Assembly: GCF_006345805.1 (NCBI RefSeq)
Contig: NW_021826611.1
Coordinates: 1-12,546 of the forward strand
Direction of reading: 5' to 3'
Length of the DNA stretch: 12,546 bases
Source of the DNA: Octopus sinensis
Lineage: Eukaryota
Of the stretch, positions 1 through 8,844 are shown piece after piece. A program made the translations under genes and the position numbers. The notes under the pieces were generated by a model, which searched no databases, had not been told where the DNA came from, and saw nothing but the letters and a program-made list of their open reading frames with translations. The stretch's first letter is position 1; each line of letters begins with the position of its first letter.

Positions 1-34
<34 letters not shown>

Positions 35-35
35 A
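1..35. repeat. (AC)n microsatellite, runs off the window start
   Basis: Directly visible AC dinucleotide run. Confidence 0.95.
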
Positions 36-83
36 AACTCTCTTTTGTAGATATGGAACACGAGGAACTATTCATCTATGGAA

Positions 84-155
84 GAAAAAGAAAGACATTA
101 TGTATAATGTATTGTTTGAGTACGTTCGTAAAGTTTTGATAAATCTTAATACGGT
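84..155 (+). repeat. 72-bp direct repeat, copy 1 (copy 2 at 795-866)
   Basis: gaaaaagaaagacattatgtataatgtattgtttgagtacgttcgtaaagttttgataaatcttaatacggt matches 795-866 at 68/72 positions by manual alignment; offset 711 bp. Confidence 0.95.
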
Positions 156-627
156 GATTTGAAAACAAATATAAAAACACTTTACTTTTCACTTGATAAG
201 CATCTGTTATTGGACATATTGTAAAAGTTTTGACTGAGCATACGATATGCGTTAAGTGATAGGAAGAAATGAAAGAAAGTGTTAAAATTTCTTCTCTCTC
301 GTTCTGTCCCTGGCTGTTGTTCTCTCTGTCTGTCTCTCACATACCCTGTGTGTCTATATTTTCCTGTCTCCTCCCCTTCCCTGATATCAGCCACCCTCAT
401 TATACCACATTTCCTTTAACGTAACACTTTTGTACCCCTCTCATTTTACCATGTAATAGCCCCATCCCCGTAGTCGGTCCATTATTGATTTTTATTGAAA
501 TCCAATTAGCCTATAATTGAACTGGATGTTAGTTCAACATGTATACAAAGTTTGTTGAAAATTGATTCGCTGCTTTCGGCAGCTAGGGTGTAACAGACAG
601 ACAGAAATTGTCATTTATATATATAGG
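84..627 (-). mobile_element. Probable non-autonomous Helitron-like element (5' part recognisable, 3' end not seen)
   Basis: The minus strand from 627 reads cctatatatataaatgacaatttctgtctgtctg. This resembles the 5' end of the Helitron at 2799 (tctctctatatataaacggcaaaatgtctgtgtg) and the TC-TATATA...(TGTC)n starts of animal non-autonomous Helitrons. The first base is C rather than the canonical T. The left boundary is a guess based on the shared 72-bp block. Confidence 0.45.
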
Positions 628-794
628 TGTATGTTAGTAAGATAATCGGTGCGCTACGCTATGAATCTAGTAGTGAAAATCGATGCAGAAATGGAAACAA
701 ATAACTGATAGATAAATCATCAAATAAATCCTCTATCATCAGCCATTGTCTCCCGAGTTCGCGTAGTTTCGGCGCTTTTCAAGTCGAAGGACTT

Positions 795-866
795 GAAAAA
801 GGAAGACACTATGTATAATGTATTGTTTGAGTACGTTCGTAAAGTTTTGATAAATTCTAATACGGT
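795..866 (+). repeat. 72-bp direct repeat, copy 2
   Basis: Matches 84-155 with 4 mismatches. Confidence 0.95.
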
Positions 867-1364
867 CAAGTCCATGAAACTACTCCTTCAGTTGCGTCAG
901 TAATAGTTCATTTCTCAGACGTGAGGGGGTGTTACAAAGACACTTCAGTGTTATCTATCAAAGGCGTAGTCAGAGAAATAGTACAACAGACTTTTAAATA
1001 CTTGACTTTTAGACGCATTGAAACTTGGAAGATTCTGGCTGATGAGAGGATGATGATTTATCTGACCGAATCTTCGAAGTCACACTAAACAACATTCTTA
1101 TATATATATATATATATAATTATTATTTGAGGGAATAAAATCCAGACTTAAAAGGAAAAAGAATTCAATTTAGAAATACTAAATTAAATTTTGTTTTTCT
1201 ACCTATTATATACATTATATTATTTTTGTAACTTACTTAATCTTTACTTTTTATTGTTATTTGAATTTTAACTCTTTTATTATATGTAATTTTCTAGATG
1301 GTGTAATTTAATTATTCATTTTGAATTGATAAAAGGTGTTTTTTTTCTAATATTTTATATATAT

Positions 1365-1440
1365 GGCGGTACCCCAGCATGGCCACAGCTCGTGAGCTGA
1401 AACTAGATAAAATAAAATAAATAAATAAAAATAAAAGAAA
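1365..1440 (+). mobile_element. Extremely 5'-truncated retroposon 3' tail (SINE/LINE tail) with (TAAAA)n end
   Basis: ggcggtaccccagcatggccacagctcgtgagctgaaactag aligns with the minus-strand 3' tail of the SINE at 8042-8586 (gacggtgctctagcatggccgcagtcaaatgactgaaacaag) and is followed by an A-rich repeat tail. Confidence 0.75.
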
Positions 1441-1480
1441 ATATATTATATATATATAAATATATGTATATATATATAAT

Positions 1481-1517
<37 letters not shown>

Positions 1518-1567
1518 GTGTTGTGTGTGTGTGTGTGTGTGTACATACATATGTGTATATGTATGTG
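1441..1567. repeat. Compound (TA)n/(TG)n microsatellite
   Basis: Directly visible. Confidence 0.95.
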
Positions 1568-2176
1568 GTGGCGGCTGGACATATGCTAGCTTTCCTGACA
1601 GTATCGGGCCGCTAGTGGGGTTGAGAACAGTTTTGTTGAATGGCTTGTTTGTTTGGTTTATTTAGAAGAATGTGCTTGTCGAGTTTTTCAAGGAGCCTGT
1701 TTACGTTTCAAGCTGTTGTTTTTGTGTTTTTGGATGATATATATATATACGTATATGGTATATGCAAGTGAAGTATATTGCAGTTTAAATAAGCTATCTG
1801 CTCCAATTAGTTCAATACCTCTTCGACACATAGCGAACAGTATTTTTTAAGAATGAAAATGTGTTTTATTAAGTGTAAGGTCGTGTAAGGTCCAATATTT
1901 CAGATAAAGTACAAGACATTAAAGCATTATATATAGAAAATGAATGAATAACATAGTTGTTCTGAATTGTTCTTTACAATAAAAATATTGAAAAATGAAG
2001 AATTTAGAACGTCAAGATATTTACTTTTACGATTGTTTTAAGCGGAAGTGTACAAGAAGTTTCTTTTAATGTTTAAAGTATAAGTTTTTATGCAAATAGC
2101 TTAGATTTTAATTTAAATAACTAAATTAAGTACATTTTTCTTTCTTTCTTTTCTGCTTGATAAATCTTCAAAGAAA

Positions 2177-3270
2177 ATGAAATTGAATATTGATAAAATT
2201 ATTAAAAGCCAAATTGCCGTTCTTCTTGAAGCAAGTACTCTATATTCTCTGAAATTCACATTCTGCTGACAAAGAAAATCTCAGTTCCCTTGCTGACCTT
2301 AAGGAAATAAGTCTACAGATCCAGAAAAGTAATTCTACTCCAAAGAAAAATTGTCTGGCAACTTGTACTTATGACAGAAGACTGAAATTCTTAGTTCTTC
2401 AGAGAAGAAAGAAAAGCTTGCAGCTATTGTGAAGTGGGTCTAGATTTGCCCAGAAAATTGCTTCCAGAAGGATCAATTTCAACAAGTTTGAAACGAAGCT
2501 AGTTTTGGCTATAAAATATATGCTAGGAGGTCTCTGATAACAATACATAACAATTAAACAATAAATAGAAAAAATAAATAAATAGAATAAATTATATAAA
2601 AATGGATTACACATTTTAGTCAAGATTGTTGACTGCAATCCAGTTTGGCTTCAGGATGTTCTTCGAGAAAGTTGGTTCAAGATTTTAGCTTTGTAGTTAT
2701 ATCCCTGATTGCTGCATTCACGGCACCGGTGAAAGAGTTCAGCATGAGCATTATCAGTTACTGTGAACTAAAAAGCTGTCAATTTCTTCCTTGGAACATC
2801 TCTCTATATATAAACGGCAAAATGTCTGTGTGTGTGTGTCCTTTATACAAATCCACAATTTTTCAGTTAGAGGACTCATACTTTCTATGGTCATTCAAAA
2901 CCGTCCAAGGGTGGTCGTGCATATCTTTACATTTCCCCAGTCACCCCGCAAAGCCATTAAAAAAATCAATACAAGTGACATTTTTGTGAATTTTCTATCC
3001 AAAACCCAATCAAAATGCCCGAAATTTGATACGCCAATTGAATGCCAGCTAGCTGTATGTGATTGGTCGGAGATTTGGATAGTACTCGCATGTATGTGCG
3101 CACGCACGCATGCAGCTGTATATGCATGCACTAGCACTATGACCCGGCGTTGCCGGATCATAGTGCGAGTCTAAATTATAAGCAGTCAGTTTACTGCGCT
3201 GGAATACCTAAAACAATCACAGAGAAAAATAGTTTCCTAACTGTAAAACTTATTTCCTGGATTGGTGAAA
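2177..3270 (+). mobile_element. Possible highly decayed Tc1-family transposase remnant, interrupted by the Helitron at 2799-3169
   Basis: Broken frames give MKLNIDKIIKSQIAVLLEAS (from 2177), TYDRRLKFLV, CIHGTG (2713-2730; compare Tc1 WGCxSxxGxG) and VKLISWIGE (3243-3269; compare LLDWPGNSPD), in the expected order. Similarity is weak, there is no intact DDE triad and no clear TIR pair. Confidence 0.3.
2799..3169 (+). mobile_element. Non-autonomous Helitron, apparently full length (~371 bp)
   Basis: 5' TC (2799) preceded by A (2798). 3' GC-rich hairpin ctagcactatgacccggc-gtt-gccggatcatagtgcgag (3131-3169), ending CGAG (one change from CTAG) and followed by T (3170). No TSD. This is the canonical A|TC...CTRR|T Helitron signature. 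Confidence 0.85.
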
Positions 3271-3370
3271 AAGTTAACCATTGTACAAAACGGTGTTACT
3301 GTGTATATGACAAAAGCAAGAAAAATTGCGAAAGAAGATTCACTGGAAATTATGTTCTCGTCATGTCGCA

Positions 3371-3515
3371 GTCCCGGTTTCAATCCCATAAAGACTTCTC
3401 CTTTCATCCTTCGGGGTTGATGATAAAAAGTCTCAGTTGAGTACTGGAGTCGATATTATTGACTATTCCCCTTCTACGAAATTTCAGGCCTTGTGCCTAT
3501 AGTTGAAAGGATTAT
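3371..3515 (+). mobile_element. Decayed partial SINE (same type as 3796-4026)
   Basis: cctttcatccttcggggttgat...ctggagtcgatattattgact aligns with 3897-3962. The aaatttcaggcct segment matches 4159-4171. Ends in (ATT)n. Confidence 0.8.
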
Positions 3516-3520
3516 TATAA

Positions 3521-3736
3521 TTATTACTTTTTTTTTCTTCTTTCAAATTTGCTTCCATTTCTTGCCGAGTGTCTTCCGACTCCTAGGGCAAAGAAACTCT
3601 ATAGTATTACATTGGTAGGCCATTAAACCAAACTCAATAGTTCGTTCATTTTTTTTTTTTAAGTTAAATTAGAATACATGAGCCCAGCAGCAGTTTCTCA
3701 CATCGACAATGCTCTTCTCAATACGTGGATGTATTG
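3521..3736 (-). mobile_element. 3' terminal fragment of an R4/Dong-like non-LTR retrotransposon (ORF end + 3' UTR + A-tail)
   Basis: Minus strand 3730-3698 translates IHVLRRALSM*, resembling the ...GTxHILRxxLS* C-terminus of restriction-like-endonuclease LINEs. About 160 nt of 3' UTR follow, ending in A9 then TAA repeats. (TAA)n lies on both sides. Confidence 0.6.
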
Positions 3737-3737
3737 T

Positions 3738-3752
3738 ATTATTATTATTATA

Positions 3753-3791
<39 letters not shown>
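3738..3791. repeat. (ATT)n microsatellite
   Basis: Directly visible; explains the poly-Ile/poly-Tyr ORFs. Confidence 0.95.
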
Positions 3792-3795
3792 CAAA

Positions 3796-4026
3796 GGCGG
3801 CGAGCTGGCAGAAACGTTAGTGCACCGGGCGAAATGCTTAGCGTTATTTCGTCTGCTGCTACGTTCTGAGTTCAAATTCCGCCGAGGTCGACTTTGCCTT
3901 TCATCCTTTCGGGGTCGATTAAATAAGTACCAGTTACGCACTGGAGTCGATATAATTGACTTAATCCATATGTCTGTCCTTGTTTGTCCTCTCTGTGTTT
4001 AGCCCCTTGTGGGTAGTAAAGAAATA
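3796..4026 (+). mobile_element. tRNA-derived SINE, near full length (octopus-type, 'type A' here)
   Basis: Starts ggcggcgagc. A-box-like tggcagaaacg at 3806-3816 and B-box-like gttcaaattcc at 3870-3880. Homologous partial copies at 3371, 4028 and ~8850(-). Matches my recollection of a high-copy Octopus SINE. Confidence 0.9.
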
Positions 4027-4027
4027 T

Positions 4028-4171
4028 GTATTTCGGCTGATTTACGTTCTGAGTTCAAATTCCGTCCAGGTCGGCTTTGTCTTCCGTCCTTTCGAGGTCT
4101 GTAAATTAAGTACCAGTGAAAAACTGAGGTCAATGTAATCGACTAGTCTCCTACCCCGAAATTTCGGGCCT
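4028..4171 (+). mobile_element. 5'-truncated type A SINE copy directly abutting the previous one
   Basis: tatttcggctgatttacgttctgagttcaaattccgtccaggtcggctttgtcttccgtcctttcgaggtc aligns with 3845-3917; followed by an (ATT)n tail. Confidence 0.85.
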
Positions 4172-4196
4172 ATTTTTATTATTATTATTATCATTT

Positions 4197-4468
4197 TGGC
4201 TCAGGGGCATACACCATAGACACATGTAATGTACCACTTAATGCAAATGCTGAGAGAATCGAAGTAACTTAATATCCGACAAGACTGGACCTTTGAATTA
4301 CTTGTACAACCCACCCGAGGGGCTTTCAAGCAGTTTACAACTATCATCAATTAAAAATCTTTGGTCGAGACGAGGCTATAACGATAGAGAATTGCCCAAG
4401 ATCTAACGTAGTAGGGTCGAACCCAAGACCGTATCGTTGCGAGGCGAATTTCTTATTCATGCAACCAG
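4197..4468 (-). mobile_element. Old decayed SINE with a type B head/CORE-like segment and a different tail
   Basis: 4359-4468 (ctttggtcgagacgaggctata...ttgcccaagat...gtagggtcgaacccaagacc) aligns with 8473-8576. Assigning 4197-4358 to the same element rests on recollection of an octopus SINE tail. Confidence 0.6.
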
Positions 4469-4840
4469 GATATTACACGTTGAACAAACTTGTACTGTTT
4501 TCATGTGGTAATATGGCAACATCCCCCACCACACAACACAACACACACACACACAACTAAAAGCAAATCAAAGATAGGGCCTGTATGTGGCACTTTGACT
4601 TGCTAGGTATATAATATAAAATTGTCCGGTGTTCAACCATTAAGCAATAAAAAATTCGCTTTATGGCAACAAAATGATATTAGCTTTGAATGGGTGTTTA
4701 AAATAGTATTCCTATGTAAAAATATTTTTTTCCTATTTTCCGATATACAAAGGTCACAGCCATCGTTACCTTTATTATAACGTTTAGCACGTACTAATAT
4801 TTTACATTAATACAAAATATGTTAAAGAGAACTGCAGTGT

Positions 4841-5345
4841 GGTTTACACTGTGATGACAGGCACACTATAGATACTCAGACACACAATGAATGCTCAGAA
4901 TTTAGCAATTTTCAGGAAAAAATCTTGAGATATATATATAGACTTACTTCAAATCATTATTGTTTACAGACACTTCCACAAAGTTAAATTCTTAGATACT
5001 ACCTTAAATTTAGAAACCGATAAATACTACCCGTATAGGCAGCCAAATGGAAAGTTATAGCCCATAAATATTGCTTCAAATCATACAGCTGTCTTCCAAA
5101 TAATTTGTGAAAAATGTTAACATATAGTTATTAAGTATTTAATTTGGTGTATCTAACTTCAATAAAGCAGTTCCTTGTTATGATGAAGCGTTTAAACGCA
5201 ATGGTTTTTAAGGATAAGATTAATTACATAAATATTAATACCATTACGGAAAACAGAAAGCGTAAAATTATACATTTTAATACTCTGCTCTCTCTCTCCA
5301 AATACAAATATTGCGGAAATTATTTGATAAATATTTTCCAAAATA
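4841..5345 (+). mobile_element. Penelope-like element (PLE) reverse transcriptase remnant, pseudogenised
   Basis: GLHCDD at 4841-4858 (decayed GLYRDD). KVKFLDTTLNLETDKYYPYRQPNGKL*PINIASNH from 4980 (PLE FLD..L....Y.PYRKP.....YI...SNHP). Then NFNKAVPCYDEAFKRNGF/KDKINY and RKRKIIHFN (PLE RKRNIIWFNPP). Contains a stop at 5058-5060 and several frameshifts. Confidence 0.85.
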
Positions 5346-5389
5346 TTATTGATATTTTAACAGGAATAATGTTAAATTAAATGACAATA

Positions 5390-5602
5390 ACACACACACA
5401 CATCTACACATATACACGCACACACAACACACACACACATGGGCGCGCGCACGCATGTGTATGCATATATATATGTATGTCTGCATGTATATATGTATGT
5501 ATGTATCCATCTATATATGTATGTATGCATATATATATGTATGTATGCATGTATCCATCTATCTATCTGTGCGTTTATGTGTATGTGTGTGTATGTGCAT
5601 GT

Positions 5603-5674
<72 letters not shown>

Positions 5675-5680
5675 GTGTGT
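5390..5680. repeat. Compound (CA)n / (TATG)n / (TG)n microsatellite
   Basis: Directly visible; explains the CVCV/THTH ORFs. Confidence 0.95.
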
Positions 5681-5880
5681 AATGTTGCTACTTCAGTAGC
5701 ACGTATTAACTGTAAAATATCATAAACAGCTATCTACATCCAATACTTCTCCGCGTGTGCAATTGTTGTAACCCCGTAAATTGTCCATTAAAGAATTTAT
5801 GTCTATCGAAATCGTTAGTTTACGAGCAAAAGTATTTACAGCAAATGGTTCAGTTTCTAAGATTAATTATATAATAATGA

Positions 5881-6104
5881 TTGTGGTGTGGGGGTGAGGG
5901 TGGGGGTGGCAGTGGGTGGCAGTGGTAGTAGTGTGGTGGTGGTGGTAGGTGATGAGTAGAAGTGGTGGCGGCGATGGTAGAGATGATGATGATGATGATG
6001 ATAATGATGATGATGGTGATGATGATGATGATGATGATGATGATGACGATGGTGATAGTGATGGTGGCAGTTGGTGATGATGATGATGATGATAATGATG
6101 ATGG

Positions 6105-6160
<56 letters not shown>

Positions 6161-6495
6161 CTGACGACGATGGTGATAGTGATGGTGGCAGTTGGTGATA
6201 ATGATGATGATGATATGATATTGATGATGATAACGATGGTGGTGATGATGAGAGTGGTGACAGTGGTTGTTGTAGTGGTGTGGTGGTGATGATGATGATG
6301 ATGATGAAAATGAGGATTACGACGATAGCAGGGTGACGGTAGTAGGGAGGATAGTGATGTTAGTGGTGGTGGTGGTGAAGATGATGCTGATTATGATGTA
6401 GGAGACGATGACGATGATGATGACGACGTCGCCGATGACGACGGTCATGATGATGATAATGAGGATGATGATGGCGACGTTGACGATGATAATAA
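5881..6495. repeat. (GAT)n/(GGT)n trinucleotide low-complexity array
   Basis: Directly visible; explains the poly-Met/poly-Asp/poly-Ile ORFs. Confidence 0.95.
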
Positions 6496-6856
6496 TTCTC
6501 AAAACAAGACAAAAAAAAAAAAAGAATTAAAACGTAAAATCGTTTTGGTTTAATATTTTAATGTTCCGTTTAGCCTTAATGGGAGCAGAAATAACGTTTA
6601 AAACATTTCTTTTAAGTTATTAAATATTTTCTAAAAAGAAAAAAAAATTAATTATAGATTTTGTATGATGTTTTTGTTTTGTTTTGTTTTTTTTTAAGTT
6701 GGAACAATGCTGAAACACACTTCAGTTGTACCACACACATACGATTTTACAGCGCAAATAAGTAAATATCTAATAACAATAAACTTAAGACGGTTCTGTA
6801 CATCTAATTACTTTTCATTCGTACAATTGTTTTAACCTGCAAGTTGCTTATCAATT

Positions 6857-6922
6857 CAGCAGTACCCTAAACTTTTTTGCACTCTGGGCCGCTTTCATGC
6901 AAGTCAGTTTTTTCCCTGAACC
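6857..6922 (-). mobile_element. Single decayed end of a hAT/Charlie (MER1-like) MITE
   Basis: cagcagtaccctaaacttttttgcactctgggccgctttcatgcaagtcagttttttccctgaacc aligns with the reverse complement of the right end of the MITE at 10768-11052 (caacggtctccaacccattttgcatcacagaccggtttcatgcgagatcatttttccagggac). Confidence 0.6.
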
Positions 6923-6957
6923 TCGTGATTACACGCATAACAAGACACAATAAATAT

Positions 6958-7251
6958 CTTTTTATCCTTTACTTGTTTCAGTCATTTGATTGCAGCCAGA
7001 CTGGAGCACCACCTTGAAGGGATTTAGTCGAACAAATCGCTCCCAGGACTTACGTTTTTAGGCCCGGTACTCATTCTGTCGGTATCCTTTCCCGAACCGC
7101 TAAGTCACGTGTACGTAAACACACCAGCACCGGTTGGCAAGCGGTGGGGGAGTAAAAAAACAGACACGCACACACACACACACACACATACACACACATA
7201 TACATACATATATATACACACACATCACACACATATATATGCATACATTCA

Positions 7252-7285
<34 letters not shown>

Positions 7286-7312
7286 CATACATACATACAT
7301 ACATCATACATG

Positions 7313-7346
<34 letters not shown>

Positions 7347-7352
7347 TATATA
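6958..7352 (-). mobile_element. Type B SINE, 3' half plus internal microsatellite; tRNA head missing
   Basis: 6965-7165 aligns with 8052-8245 (tttacttgtttcagtcatttga...ccgaaccgctaagt...taaacacaccagca.cggttg), then (CA)n/(CATA)n. Confidence 0.85.
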
Positions 7353-7894
7353 TTGTTTTGTCACCTTACGATTGCAGTCATGCATAAAATGAGAGCTTCG
7401 AAATCCTATTTTCTGACTGGATAAAAATGATCAAACTTCAGACTTACGTAACTTTAAAAAAGAAAAAAAATTCTGGAACAAGTGAATTAGCCTCCGAGAT
7501 TCAGCGTGAAAAATTACATCAATACACCAAATTAGAAAATTTTCATTTAATCTTAGAATTTCAAAATGTGCAGCCAAACAGGAAAAAATCTCCGATGCGT
7601 TGTGTTATGCAAGAGATTCTTGTGTCGATATTCGGTGTCTGTGAAAGAAAATTCACCGAAATGTCAGAACAGACAGACTGACAGATGGGCAAACGGACAG
7701 AAAGTAATCGAAAAGAAGGAAAGAAAGAAAAGGGAAAGGAAAGTGAAAGATGAGGCGTGCAGAAGAAGTAGAAGGTATGTAGATTTCTTGATATATATAC
7801 GTAAGTAGATATACCAGTTTGGGTGGCTACCTGATAGGAAACTAAAGGCAGAATATAAACACACAGGTTCACAAAGTTGTATGTGTACAAGAAA

Positions 7895-8041
7895 TACACA
7901 TACATATACGAATTTACATATGTATATACATATACAGACATATATAACTACACGCTGACTTACATTCACACACACACACATACATATACAAACGTAATAC
8001 CTACACACACACACATAGCTATATATATATATTTTTATATA
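7895..8041. repeat. Degenerate (CA)/(TA) microsatellite
   Basis: Directly visible low-complexity tract. Confidence 0.85.
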
Positions 8042-8271
8042 TACTCTTTGCTCTTTTACTTGTTTCAGTCATTTGACTGCGGCCATGCTAGAGCACCGTC
8101 TTTAATCGAGCAACTCGACCCCGAGACTTATTCTTTGTAAGCCCAGTACTTATTCTATCGGTCTCTTTTGCCGAACCGCTAAGTGACGGTGACATAAACA
8201 CACCAGCATCGGTTGTCAAGCAATGCTAGGGGGACAAACACAGACATACAAACACACACACATACACATAC

Positions 8272-8369
<98 letters not shown>

Positions 8370-8586
8370 ATATATATATACATATATATATTATATATAA
8401 TATATATATATATAATACACATTATTACGACGGGCTTCTTTCAGTTTCCGTCTACCAAATTCACTCACAAGGCTTTGGTAGGCCCGAGCTATAGCAGAAG
8501 ACACCTGCCCAAGGTGCCACGGAGTGGGACTGAACCCGGAACCATTGGTTGGTAAGAGCTACTTGCCACACAGCCACTCCTGCGCC
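8042..8586 (-). mobile_element. Full-length tRNA-derived, CORE-like SINE with internal (TA)n/(TG)n expansion (octopus-type, 'type B' here)
   Basis: Minus strand starts ggcgcaggag. A box tggctgtgtgg (8576-8566), B box ggttcagtccc (8536-8526), then a CORE-like gtggcaccttgggcaggtgtctt segment. Internal microsatellite at ~8245-8420. 3' stem-loop at 8066-8079 and an (AAAGAGTA)-like tail. Confidence 0.9.
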
Positions 8587-8605
8587 TATACATATATATA
8601 TCTAA

Positions 8606-8622
8606 ACACACACACACACAAA

Positions 8623-8711
<89 letters not shown>

Positions 8712-8740
8712 ACACACACACACACCACACACACACACAA
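8606..8740. repeat. (CA)n(CG)7(CA)n microsatellite
   Basis: Directly visible; (CG)7 at 8657-8670. Confidence 0.95.
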
Positions 8741-8844
8741 ACAAGCATTGCCAGCGTTTGCAATCAAGATTGACTTGATGTCAGCATGTTCCAAGCTTAC
8801 GCTAATTCTTTCAGGTGCCCGTGTACTCACTATCTTGCCCTTGA

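Noticed and set aside
3796-3885. tRNA gene (also considered at 8520-8586)
   Set aside because: A and B boxes are present but there is no cloverleaf, and each continues into SINE body sequence repeated in the window.
5390-5680. Large inverted repeat formed by (CA)n and (TG)n arms (also 8606-9122)
   Set aside because: The complementarity comes only from simple repeats, which are abundant throughout this window.
7355-7710. Possible Helentron/DINE-like element suggested by the (GACA/GACG)n-like tract at 7669-7701
   Set aside because: No subterminal inverted repeats or terminal hairpin could be identified.
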